From assembly GCA_950097015.1 (NCBI GenBank), contig CATNEN010000024.1, positions 2,294,001-2,358,000 of the forward strand: a DNA stretch of 64,000 nucleotides, read 5' to 3'. The position numbers were made by a program, and so were the translations under genes. Each line of letters starts with the position of its first letter. Position 1 is the first letter of the stretch. The notes under the pieces are model-generated. The model ran no database searches and had not been told where the DNA came from. It worked only from the letters and a program-made list of their open reading frames with translations. This stretch comes from Macrostomum hystrix. Taxonomy: Eukaryota; Animalia; Platyhelminthes. Shown here piece by piece: positions 39,012 to 48,391 of this stretch.

Positions 39012-39800
39012 AAATCAATATGATACTAGTCACAAAATGTGTCCGAGAAAAGAAACAAAACTGGAATCGGTGAAATTTCATCGAAACAATTCGGCAAAGA
39101 AAAATCAACTGCACTGGAATGCCTGGCAAAATGAAAGAACATTCCAGGCGTGAATAGAAAACCTGTGTCTACTATTAGTATACACTCGAAAGCATATTAC
39201 TTTATTCCATCCATCTAGAGATGCTAAGAGCCCCGTAAAAATGCATCTATTCACATTGTAAGCAAGCAATAGTTATCAGTTTAAGGCCGCAGGCATAACC
39301 AGGTAGGCAATCGGTTAAGGCTAACATGCCACAAGTTAGGACAAAATAAGTCCGATAAGGTTATAGTTAAGGTTAAGAGAAGGAGAAAATATTACTGAAC
39401 ACCAAAAACACGTTTTTAAAACACAGCCAGGGAGATTCGACGAAAAAAATGAAGTTTTATCAAAGACACAATCAGCATAAAAGTTCAATAGGTAACTACG
39501 AGCTACCCATCTGGCACATAAAGACATCAAAGCTTTACCACACAATGAGTATAATAAATATATTATTTGAGCTAAATCTAGATTAAGAATCCCGTTGTGG
39601 TCTCCCCAGTCCACAGACTAAACAGCTGTACGAATATTATAAAAGCGTTTGGGAGCTATCGTGAATTAGACAGTGGGTATTTAAAAAAACCCAGTAGTTT
39701 TTCCCCAGGGGAAAAATAACTTCTTTTTACTGTTAAGGGAATACAAAATAGAATTCATAAGGCTAGAGTCCAGAGAATAACCAAGCCCTCTAAAATGAAA

Positions 39801-40373
39801 CTATTGATACAGAGAAGAAAACGACGGCAAGTCGGGAATCTTGATGTCGCGCAGCTTCTGCGGCAGGTTCATGTCGCGCACAGTTGAGACCGCTCGGCCG
39901 GGCATCGCGCTGTAGCCCGCCTCGGACTTCTCAACCTTCTGCTGCTCCTCGAACCTGGCGACAATCTCGGACATATTAGTCTCCAGCACCATGCCACCCA
40001 TCACCAATTCGTTAAGTATAAAGTGCACACGATCAACGTGAAATATCAGGTCCAATTCGCACACATTCTCAAAGCACTTGTCAAGCGTCTCAACAAACAC
40101 CTGGATTAGGTCTAGAATGCCCAGCTCAGACTCGGACGAGTCAACGCAGAATACAAAGTACAGAGTAGCATAGTGCCGATAGATTAGCCGATAGTCCTGA
40201 CCGCCAATCAGCGAGCCGCCCTCCAGAAAGTTGCAAACATTGTCATCGCGCTTGGAAACCAACTGGAAGGTCTCGCGGATCACCTGTTGTTGAAAATCTT
40301 CAGCATAGTGGACATAGAACTTTGTCAAACGTGGCTTGCCATGGTTGTTAAAGATAAGGATTGCCTTTATCAT
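39801..40373 (-). CDS. AP3S1: AP-3 complex subunit sigma (AP3S1/AP3S2 orthologue), intronless, 190 aa
   Basis: MIKAILIFNNHGKPRLTKFY...LIYRHYATLYFVFCVDSSESELGILDLIQVFVETLDKCFENVCELDLIFH is the sigma3 signature. Confidence 0.96.
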   Translation of the reverse strand: MIKAILIFNNHGKPRLTKFYVHYAEDFQQQVIRETFQLVSKRDDNVCNFLEGGSLIGGQDYRLIYRHYATLYFVFCVDSSESELGILDLIQVFVETLDKCFENVCELDLIFHVDRVHFILNELVMGGMVLETNMSEIVARFEEQQKVEKSEAGYSAMPGRAVSTVRDMNLPQKLRDIKIPDLPSFSSLYQ

Positions 40374-40654
40374 GCTTTATAATTAACACCTCTGGTTTGA
40401 GGAGAGCTGAAAATTAAAGCAATAACAATGCAAAACAGTCAACAGAGACGTTTTAAGTAAGCAGTTTGACTTCATTTCACACTCATAAGTGAAACCTTAA
40501 ATTAGCTAGGTATAGACGTGTTAAAAGTTATTTAATAAGCAACTGATAGCATCCCACTTTGGTCTTACTTGTAGCACATGTTTCATTGTGAATTGGGCAG
40601 TGAACTACAACATCCATCACATCCGGTTCTTCTTGCTACTGATGGCAAAAAAAA

Positions 40655-40892
40655 GTTGCAGTCTATTTAAAGTTGCAGTCTATTTAAAGTTGCAGTCTAT
40701 TTAAAGTTGCAGTCTATTTAAAGTTGCAGTCTATTTAAAGTTGCAGTCTATTTAAAGTTGCAGTCTATTTAAAGTTGCAGTCTATTTAAAGTTGCAGTCT
40801 ATTTAAAGTTGCAGTCTATTTAAAGTTGCAGTCTATTTAAAGTTGCAGTCTATTTAAAGTTGCAGTCTATTTAAAGTTGCAGTCTATTTAAA
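40655..40892. repeat. 17-bp tandem (GTTGCAGTCTATTTAAA) x14 at the LINE 5' end
   Basis: 238 bp equals exactly 14 identical units; the last unit runs into the element. Confidence 0.97.
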
Positions 40893-40926
40893 CGCCACTG
40901 CGTTTGAATAGCGCCGCCGCCTCCTG

Positions 40927-43008
40927 GTGCCAATTCCTGCTCCAACAATGGAATTGCGTACCAAGGCCTCAACGGAGAGCCGCGCACCTGCTGCGGCTGC
41001 CAAGAGCGGCACACCACCCTGCAGACGAGGACAACGCAGTGTGCGTCGGCGTATTGAACGACGCCGCGAGCAAAACTGCCGTGGCCGACACCGTGCCCGC
41101 GAGCGTCGCACTGCTGGCAGAACCTCTATGCGCAGTGGTACGGTTCCTCCGGGTGGCGCCGGGGACCTAGAGGTCCACAACCAACGGATCCAAGCTGAAC
41201 CAAATTGCACGCCGCATAAACAGAAACAACAACTAAGAGTCGCGACTTGGAACTGCCGGACTCTGCGAGCAGGTTGGAGGCAACATCTACTGGCAAAATT
41301 AGCTACCGATCTGCAACTAGACATTGTAATGCTGCAGGAGCTATCTATTAAAACCGATCCTGGGCTCCATCAGGAGCACCTCGGTGGCGGCTGGCTCCTT
41401 CAGTTCACTTCAGCAGACGCAAAAGGCCGAGGAGGAGTTGGTGTCCTCACCAGCCCACGGCTACAGAAATGTTTTCGATGCGAAAGCTTATCGCCAAGAC
41501 TACTACGAGTCGACCTTCGTCTCCGCACCCGTAATATTCACTTATTCTGTGCCTATGCACCCACAGCTGCGCACCCGATGGAGCACCGTCAATTTCTGGA
41601 GTTCCTCTCGGCGCAACTGGAGGCGGTTGCTCAGCGTGACTCAGTGCTGGTGCTTGGAGACCTCAACGCTGTTATGCGAAAATCTGAACGAGCTCTCTTT
41701 GTCACCCCGCGCGAAAACAACAACACCGATGCACTAATGGATTTCGTGGACCGGCACGATCTGGTCTCAGCGAACACTCTCTTTAGGAAACCAGCTGTGA
41801 GACTGGCAACGTTCACTTCCGGCTTCCGGCCAGGTAGGGGCACGGTGAATCAGATTCTCGCTTTGCGCCGCATTTTAGAAGAGACCCGTATCCACCAGTC
41901 GGCGGTCATCTGCATCTTCGTGGATTTTCTAAAGGCCTTCGACTCGGTGTCGAGACGGGTCATCCCGAAGATCCTGCGCGCGTACCATGTGCCTGAGCAG
42001 CTGGTAACGGCTGTGATGGCCCTGTACCAGGAGACCAGGGCGGCAGTTGTGACGCCGGACGGCCTATCCGATTTCTTCGACACGACCTCCGGTGTGCTGC
42101 AGGGCGACACACTCGCCCCCTTTCTGTTCGTCCTGGTCCTGGACTGGGTGCTGCGCACTGGCCTCCCTGACGACGCCAACGGCTTTCTGCTCTGTCGCAG
42201 GACAAGCAGCCGACACCCCGAAAGACGACTCTCTGTCCTGGCGTACGCGGACGACCTGGCGCTGCTGTCCAGCTCAATCGAAGGTGCTCAGCATCTGCTG
42301 GACAAGCTGACTGCGGCGGCGGCAATGGTCGGGCTGTCCGTGAACACCAAGAAAACAATGGTGCTGACCGTCCCAAATGACCTCAACGGCGAGATCTTCT
42401 GCCACAGCGTAAATGGGCAAGCGGCATTGCTGCCGCGCTGCGAGACCTTCATCTATCTCGGCGGTCAAGTGCCCGACATCCTGGACGACATGGCGCGACG
42501 CAGGGCGCTTGCCTGGGCAGCTTTTCGCACCCTGCGGACTGTCCTGCAGTGCCCCACGCTGCCGGATCGGCTGAGAGGGCGGTTGTTTCAAGCCGTCATA
42601 GAGACCGTCTTTCTCTACAACGCTCAAACGTGGACTCTGAACGGCACACAGGAGAAGCAACTCGATGCCGCCCACGCCGGACTCCTGCGAGCCGCCTTCG
42701 GCGTCCACTATTCGCCGACTGCCGTCACCAACACCAGCAACGATGAGCTCTATCGCCGGGCCCAGCTCTGCCGGCCAAGTCAGCTGCTGCGCATCCGGCG
42801 CCTGCAGCTGGCTGGCCACGTCATCCGTGCGGAGCAGCGCTGCCCCGAGCCACTGCAGGACGTGCTGCTGCTTTCCCTGCAGGGGCCCCGGCGGCGTGGT
42901 CAGGCGAGGGCGCTACGCTATCCTGAACTGCTATTGACTGACGCTGAGATCTCTGACCCTCGTGGACTGACAATTCTGCGCCACTCTGCTCTTGCGCGTG
43001 CCTTTTGA
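40927..43008 (+). CDS. Truncated APE endonuclease fused in frame to reverse transcriptase (693 aa)
   Basis: APE motifs VATWNCRTL, IVMLQE, AYAPT and VLGDLNA. RT motifs GFRPGRG, FVDFLKAFDSV, GVLQGDTLAPFLF, LAYADDLAL and YLGG, then an RTE-type C-terminus (LAGHVIR, GPRRRG). Confidence 0.9.
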   Translation: MPIPAPTMELRTKASTESRAPAAAAKSGTPPCRRGQRSVRRRIERRREQNCRGRHRARERRTAGRTSMRSGTVPPGGAGDLEVHNQRIQAEPNCTPHKQKQQLRVATWNCRTLRAGWRQHLLAKLATDLQLDIVMLQELSIKTDPGLHQEHLGGGWLLQFTSADAKGRGGVGVLTSPRLQKCFRCESLSPRLLRVDLRLRTRNIHLFCAYAPTAAHPMEHRQFLEFLSAQLEAVAQRDSVLVLGDLNAVMRKSERALFVTPRENNNTDALMDFVDRHDLVSANTLFRKPAVRLATFTSGFRPGRGTVNQILALRRILEETRIHQSAVICIFVDFLKAFDSVSRRVIPKILRAYHVPEQLVTAVMALYQETRAAVVTPDGLSDFFDTTSGVLQGDTLAPFLFVLVLDWVLRTGLPDDANGFLLCRRTSSRHPERRLSVLAYADDLALLSSSIEGAQHLLDKLTAAAAMVGLSVNTKKTMVLTVPNDLNGEIFCHSVNGQAALLPRCETFIYLGGQVPDILDDMARRRALAWAAFRTLRTVLQCPTLPDRLRGRLFQAVIETVFLYNAQTWTLNGTQEKQLDAAHAGLLRAAFGVHYSPTAVTNTSNDELYRRAQLCRPSQLLRIRRLQLAGHVIRAEQRCPEPLQDVLLLSLQGPRRRGQARALRYPELLLTDAEISDPRGLTILRHSALARAF

Positions 43009-43531
43009 CGGCAGCCCCTCTGGCTTCGGCCTTGGGTTGTCGTCCTTTGTTGTTGTTGTTGTTGCAAAAACAGGTAGCTTGTATATAGAAAACATATATA
43101 TTTATAATATAATATATAGTGTAAGCAAGCAAAAAGTTTTAGCTTTTTACAATTATGGAACATATGAGTTATAAAATAAGTTGCAATAAAAAATAGAGCC
43201 CAAAACTGGAACTGTATTACTGTACCATAACAGAACAGCGCAATAATGTAATGTAGTAAACTATGAGATTGCCACTTAGCAAGACAGATTTATAGATTAG
43301 AAAACAATTTTTTTCTAAAAATAACAAATTAGTATATGTTAGGAATAATTGCTATATTTATTGTTGTATTCTTGAAGTAACGAATACAGAGATTCCAATT
43401 GTAGTGTCGGTAAATGTAAGTATAGCGCCGAAAGGAGCACTCGGCAGTCGACTGGATAAGCGTATATTTGTAACAGCAGTATTATTAAATACTGGAAAGG
43501 TTCTTGAGTGTGTGCACCGCGCGGGGGTTTC

Positions 43532-43658
43532 TATTTATAGCCTGGGGAGCGAGTGGGAGAACTTTCTAGAAAGTTCTCATAGATAGCCCGCGGGGGAGGC
43601 GCAGAGAAGATTCTGGAAACAACAGAGTGTTATAACAAGTGGTAGAAAGTTCTGGAAA
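43532..43658 (-). promoter_or_regulatory. 3' LTR promoter: three heat-shock elements plus TATA
   Basis: nGAAn arrays at 43557-43578 (4 units, perfect palindrome), 43605-43619 and 43644-43658 (3 units each). TATAAATA on the minus strand at 43539-43532. Confidence 0.8.
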
Positions 43659-43732
43659 ACTATTTACGGAATTATCGTAACGAAACCCACAACACCTCCC
43701 CACCAAAACTGTGAGTACAGCTGATAGAAAGT

Positions 43733-46700
43733 CTATAAGTCCATTTGTAGCCGTGGCTTTCGCTGCCTAGCCGACCGTCGTGGATTATCTGGTCCGTAGG
43801 GCGGCGGGTGTTGGACTTGGTCCGGCGCTCGCCATCCTGGAGGCCTGGGTCGAGATCCTGGATGTGCCACCGCTGGTGTGGCCGGCAGCATCAGGTGGCC
43901 GGCCGTTTCGTTTTGTTGAGTCGGCAGTGATCCTGGCTCGCTGTCTTCCGCGGACACGTGTCGCGGTTGAAGCTGGTCGAAGTGCCGTCGCCACACCGGG
44001 CCGCTTGGGACAACCTTGACGTTGACGCTGCGGCTGCCGTGCCGCTTGGTGACCACTGCCGGAACCCAGCGGCCTTCCTTCTCGCGGCGTGGTCCGTAGT
44101 AGCGAGCGTAGACCGGATCTCCGACGTTGTAGCCTTCTCGGACGCGAGACACCTTTTTCCGAGCTCTGGACTCTTCGGCCTGCTTGACTTGGCGATCCTG
44201 GGCGAGATGGGCTGGAGATGGCAGCAGAGTATCAATCTGCGTCCTGATCTGCCGGCCATTTAGGAGTTCGCTCGGAGAGTAGCCGTTGACCGCAGGAGTC
44301 CGTCGGTACTGCATCAGGAACTGCTGTAGCGCCCTGGCAGGTGGCAGGCTGGATTTCTTCAGGGCCTTCTTGAAGGTCTGAACCAGTCGTTCGGCCGCTC
44401 CGTTTGTTGCAGGATGATACGGAGCTCCTGTGAGGTGCGCGATGCCGTGTTCGCGACACCAAGCTTGAAACTCCTCAGCCATGAATGCCGCTGCATTGTC
44501 TGTGACGATGGCGTGAGGGTAGCCGAAGTGGGCGAAGTCTTCTTCCAGAAGCTCGATCGTTGCCCGCGTTGACATGGATTGCGTCGGGTGTATGCATGGG
44601 TACTTCGAGTAGGCGTCCGTGAGCACTAGCCAGTTGGTGCCGAGGAAGTTGACTGCGTGATCCAGATGTAGGCGACTCCAAGGCTTCTCAGGCATCATCC
44701 ACGGATGAACGGCGGCCTTTGGCGGATGATTTTGGTGCTCAGCGCAGCTATGGCAGCCGCGGCACAGGTGCTCGACGTCGTCGTCGATGTTCGGCCAGTA
44801 GACTGCCGATCGAGCCAGCTGCTTCATCCTCTGCATTCCAAAGTGTCCGAGGTGGAGTATTTTCAGCACCTCCTTCCGAAGGTTTTGAGGAATCACAAGA
44901 CGACAGCCCTGCAGAAGACATCCGTTGCAGCAGGACAGCGAATCTTTGACTTTCCGCAGGCGGGCCAGCTCAGCGTCCTCGTCTCGCCCGATTGGTGGCC
45001 AACCTTCTCGACAGTAGCGCATGGCGGTGGAGATGACTGGGTCCCTCGATGATTCCTTGGCTACGGCTGAGGCGTCAGCCGGTCGGATCTGCAGGCTCAG
45101 GACCTTGATCGCACAGACCATGTCGAAGTCGGCTGTGCTCTCCTCCCCGTCGAAGTCTGGGTCGTCTCCGACTGGCAGGCGACTTAAGGCGTCCGCATTT
45201 CCGTGACTCTTCGTCTGGCGGTACTCGATTTCGTAGGTGAAATTGTGGAGCAGGTTCGCCCAACGAGCCAGTCGGTTTGCTGCCATCACCGGTGTCTCCT
45301 TTTCGGGCCCAAATAGCGAAATCAACGGCTTATGGTCCGTGACCAGGATGAACTTGCGGTTGAACAAGTATTGGAAAAACTTCTTTAGGCCGAAGATGAT
45401 TGAAAGGGCTTCCTTCTGAATCTGAGGATAGCGGCGCTGAGCATCCGTCAGAGACTTTGAAGCGTTGGCGATCGGCCGCTCGCTACCATCCGGGTAGCGG
45501 TGGAACAGGACGGCGCCGATCCCGACGTTGGATGCGTCGCAGGAGAGCCCGAGAGGGAGGTCGGCATTGTAGTGGACCAGCACGTTGTCCGACGAGAGCT
45601 CCTCCTTGATCTGTTCAAAGGCCCGCTGCTCCGCGTCGCCCCATGTCCATGGTGCGTCCTTCCTGGTGAGTCGGTACAGCGGCTCAGAGATCGTGGCCAT
45701 GCTTGGCGGCAGAAACTTTGCGTAGAACTGGACCGAGCCGAGGAATGACCGGAGGCTGGACACGTCCTTTGGTGGAGGCATTTCGCGGACAGCGTCCACC
45801 TTGGTTCCCTTGGCGATGCCTTCTTTTGACAGTACATAGCCAAGGAACTCGATGCTGGGCATGGCGAATTTGCACTTCTCCCGTCGGCAGCGAAGTCCCT
45901 TGTCAGAAAGGCGTTGGAAAAGCCGGCGTAGGTTTGCGAGATGCTCATCAGCGGTCGCGCCGCCGACCAGGTAGTCGTCCAAGTAGAAAACGACTCCGGG
46001 CAGATCACCGGCTACCATTTCCATGATGAACTGGAACTCACCCACTGCAGACTTCGGGCCGAAAGCGAGCCGCTTCTGAAGAAGCACACCCCGGTGGGTG
46101 CTCAGTGCCAGGCGCCTCTGACTCATCGGTCCCAACTCGATCTGGTTGTAGGCGTCGGCCAGATCTACCTTTGAGAAGCAGTAGCTGCCTCCCAGCTTCT
46201 GTAGCAGTTCCTCTGGGAGGGGCAGCGGGTGACGGTTGTCTTCCAGCTGCGGGTTGATAGTGCACGAGTAGTCTCCGCAGACTCGCAGTTTCGGCTGCTC
46301 TGAGCCGGTCGAGGGCTTTCGCACGGGGACCACGGGCGTCCCGTAGTCATTGAAGTCAGTAGGCTCCCAGATGCCTCTCCTGATGCCCTCGTCGTAGGCG
46401 CGCTCGAGCTCCTCGCGGATGGCGAAGGGGACAGGCCTAGCCTTCCGGAACACCGGCTTTGCATCCGGGTTAAACTGCAACTCGAGCTTGAAGTCCTTGA
46501 GGCAACCCAGCTCGTCCTTCCACAGGTCCGGGAATTCGTCGCAAAGATTTCGGCAGGCCTTTTGAAGAGCCTCGTCCGGCGACAGGTGGTCAAACACTGC
46601 GTTGACTTCTTGAATGGCGCTGGCAGCGCCGAGCAGTTTGTCGACGGAGATTCCCAACAGCTTCGTGGCGGTCCGGCCGAGTAGATTCAAGCCGGGCACC

Positions 46701-47995
46701 TGTGTGACGATGTACTGGATGTCGTGCTCATGAGCTGAGCCAGGCAATGTCGTTTTCCCGACGAAGGTACCTAGTACCGGTAAGTCGTGTCGGCTGGCGG
46801 ACTCGTAGCGTGACATCGCTACTTCGAGCGGCGGCGTCCCCAGCTTCTTCCAGAATGACTCTGTGATGAAGTTGCCGTTTGTCGCAGTGTCGACCTCGAT
46901 GGCGAGAGCCTTGCCTTGGATGTGGATCGACACTTCCAGCTTAGGCAGGTCGTCCTCGGTTCGGGCTACAGCATGTACAAGCACATGCTCCTCGACCTGT
47001 TTCACTGGCTTCTTGAAGTTCGCCGCAGGGGCGGATCCTTTGGCCTTGGAACGGCAGACAGGTTCTAGGTGACCCACCTTTTTGCAGTGCCGGCAGGTCG
47101 CGTCTTTGAATCGGCAATCGTTTGCCCGATGGTTCTTCGCTCCGCAGCGGTAGCACGAACCAGACGCAGAGTCAGTAGTAGACCTGGAAGCAGTAGAATC
47201 TGTCGTAAATTTCGCCGAAGTGGCTCCGGGTCGCCGAACCTTCTGCTTAACCTTGTTTACGGGGCTGGATTTGTCTCCGTAAACCGTCTCCTTGGCGACT
47301 CGGGCGGCTTCCTCTGTCTCGATGGCGATCTCGACAGCCCGGGCGAACGTGAGCTCTTCCACCTTTAATTTGAACAAAGCTTTGAGTACTGCTTCGTTCC
47401 TCACTGAGCAGATGAAACGCGTGCGCAGCGCCTCGTCCAGTGGATCTTTGATGGAAGAGAAATCGCAGGTGGTTGCATCCTGGCGGATTCTCGCAGCCAT
47501 TTCCTGGATCGTCTCACCCGGTTTCCGCCGCATGTCGCTCCAGAACCGGAAACGCTCCCGCACGATGAAGCGCTTGGTGTCATACTGTTCTTCCATGAAC
47601 TTCTCAATCTCGTCCATAGTGAGCTTGTTGATCTCCTTCCGCGGCGTCTGCTGCGCTGCCAAGTTTGAGAGAAGCTTGTAGACAGACGGAGACTGGTTCG
47701 TCAGGAACACCTGAGCCTTCTTGTCGTCGGGTATGGAGTTCGCGCCCGTGAAGGTGCAGAATCTGGCCAAGTAGTCGGGCCAGAGCTCGGACGTGGCGTC
47801 GAATGGCGAGAAACTCGGAGTCGACGTCGTCACATGCGTCGGCAAAGCTGCAGCCTGGGACTGGTCCGCTGCAGGCTTTAGAGACCGAATGAGGTCGAGC
47901 ATCATCTGCCGGTCAGCGTTCCGCTGTTGGCGCTCTTCTTCCATCTGCTGCCGTAGGAGGCTGATTATATCCTCGTCTTGCATCGTTTCGGGCAT
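43733..47995 (-). CDS. Gag-Pol polyprotein, single 1420-aa ORF
   Basis: Domain order: Gag with CCHC knuckles (CYRCGAKNHRANDC, CRHCKKVGHLEPVC), protease (EVDTA), RT (YLDD), RNase H (CDAS, KEAL, TDHKPL), then integrase HHCC and D-D-E (HLDH, TDNA, AERLV). This is Gypsy order with no stops. Confidence 0.97.
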   Translation of the reverse strand: MPETMQDEDIISLLRQQMEEERQQRNADRQMMLDLIRSLKPAADQSQAAALPTHVTTSTPSFSPFDATSELWPDYLARFCTFTGANSIPDDKKAQVFLTNQSPSVYKLLSNLAAQQTPRKEINKLTMDEIEKFMEEQYDTKRFIVRERFRFWSDMRRKPGETIQEMAARIRQDATTCDFSSIKDPLDEALRTRFICSVRNEAVLKALFKLKVEELTFARAVEIAIETEEAARVAKETVYGDKSSPVNKVKQKVRRPGATSAKFTTDSTASRSTTDSASGSCYRCGAKNHRANDCRFKDATCRHCKKVGHLEPVCRSKAKGSAPAANFKKPVKQVEEHVLVHAVARTEDDLPKLEVSIHIQGKALAIEVDTATNGNFITESFWKKLGTPPLEVAMSRYESASRHDLPVLGTFVGKTTLPGSAHEHDIQYIVTQVPGLNLLGRTATKLLGISVDKLLGAASAIQEVNAVFDHLSPDEALQKACRNLCDEFPDLWKDELGCLKDFKLELQFNPDAKPVFRKARPVPFAIREELERAYDEGIRRGIWEPTDFNDYGTPVVPVRKPSTGSEQPKLRVCGDYSCTINPQLEDNRHPLPLPEELLQKLGGSYCFSKVDLADAYNQIELGPMSQRRLALSTHRGVLLQKRLAFGPKSAVGEFQFIMEMVAGDLPGVVFYLDDYLVGGATADEHLANLRRLFQRLSDKGLRCRREKCKFAMPSIEFLGYVLSKEGIAKGTKVDAVREMPPPKDVSSLRSFLGSVQFYAKFLPPSMATISEPLYRLTRKDAPWTWGDAEQRAFEQIKEELSSDNVLVHYNADLPLGLSCDASNVGIGAVLFHRYPDGSERPIANASKSLTDAQRRYPQIQKEALSIIFGLKKFFQYLFNRKFILVTDHKPLISLFGPEKETPVMAANRLARWANLLHNFTYEIEYRQTKSHGNADALSRLPVGDDPDFDGEESTADFDMVCAIKVLSLQIRPADASAVAKESSRDPVISTAMRYCREGWPPIGRDEDAELARLRKVKDSLSCCNGCLLQGCRLVIPQNLRKEVLKILHLGHFGMQRMKQLARSAVYWPNIDDDVEHLCRGCHSCAEHQNHPPKAAVHPWMMPEKPWSRLHLDHAVNFLGTNWLVLTDAYSKYPCIHPTQSMSTRATIELLEEDFAHFGYPHAIVTDNAAAFMAEEFQAWCREHGIAHLTGAPYHPATNGAAERLVQTFKKALKKSSLPPARALQQFLMQYRRTPAVNGYSPSELLNGRQIRTQIDTLLPSPAHLAQDRQVKQAEESRARKKVSRVREGYNVGDPVYARYYGPRREKEGRWVPAVVTKRHGSRSVNVKVVPSGPVWRRHFDQLQPRHVSAEDSEPGSLPTQQNETAGHLMLPATPAVAHPGSRPRPPGWRAPDQVQHPPPYGPDNPRRSARQRKPRLQMDL

Positions 47996-48264
47996 GATTG
48001 TAGTAGCTTGATCCTTCGGTCAATAGTGACAGTCGTTGTAGATTAGACGTCCTCGAAGTTGATCAAGATCCTGCTTGCGACGCCAGAAAATCCCTGTTGT
48101 ATTCTTGAAGTAACGAATACAGAGATTCCAATTGTAGTGTCGGTAAATGTAAGTATAGTGCCGAAAGGAGCACTCGGCAGTCGACTGGATAAGCGTATAT
48201 TTGTAACAGCAGTATTATTAAATACTGGAAAGGTTCTTGAGTGTGTGCACCGCGCGGGGGTTTC

Positions 48265-48391
48265 TATTTATAGCCTGGGGAGCGAGTGGGAGAACTTTCT
48301 AGAAAGTTCTCATAGATAGCCCGCGGGGGAGGCGCAGAGAAGATTCTGGAAACAACAGAGTGTTATAACAAGTGGTAGAAAGTTCTGGAAA
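48265..48391 (-). promoter_or_regulatory. 5' LTR promoter: three heat-shock elements plus TATA
   Basis: Identical motifs at 48290-48311, 48338-48352 and 48377-48391. TATA at 48272-48265. Confidence 0.8.

Larger units (their letters stand above)
40655..43064 (+). mobile_element. RTE-like non-LTR retrotransposon with 5' tandem monomers, an in-frame internal deletion and a (GTT)n tail
   Basis: Single APE-RT ORF and a TTGTTGTTGTTGTTGTTG tail ending ~43064. Possible TSD GCAAAAA at 40645-40651 and 43064-43070, which is weak because A-rich. Confidence 0.9.

Noticed and set aside
38527-39153. Repetitive ORFs over the 36-41-bp repeat, and likewise over 62730-63847
   Set aside because: They are minisatellite translations; the second lies within a RAPGEF intron.
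41120-41200. Possible HDV-like ribozyme in the RTE 5' region (TTCCT loop, GG, GGACC-TAGA-GGTCC hairpin, ACAA)
   Set aside because: RTE elements often carry these ribozymes, but I could not build canonical P1, P2 and P3/L3 together. An RNArobo or Infernal HDV-fold search would settle it.
43404-48319. Many short overlapping ORFs on both strands of the Gypsy element, and the LTR ORFs at 43404 and 48059
   Set aside because: These are shadow frames of GC-rich coding DNA and antisense LTR readings with no recognisable domains. No env-like ORF was seen.
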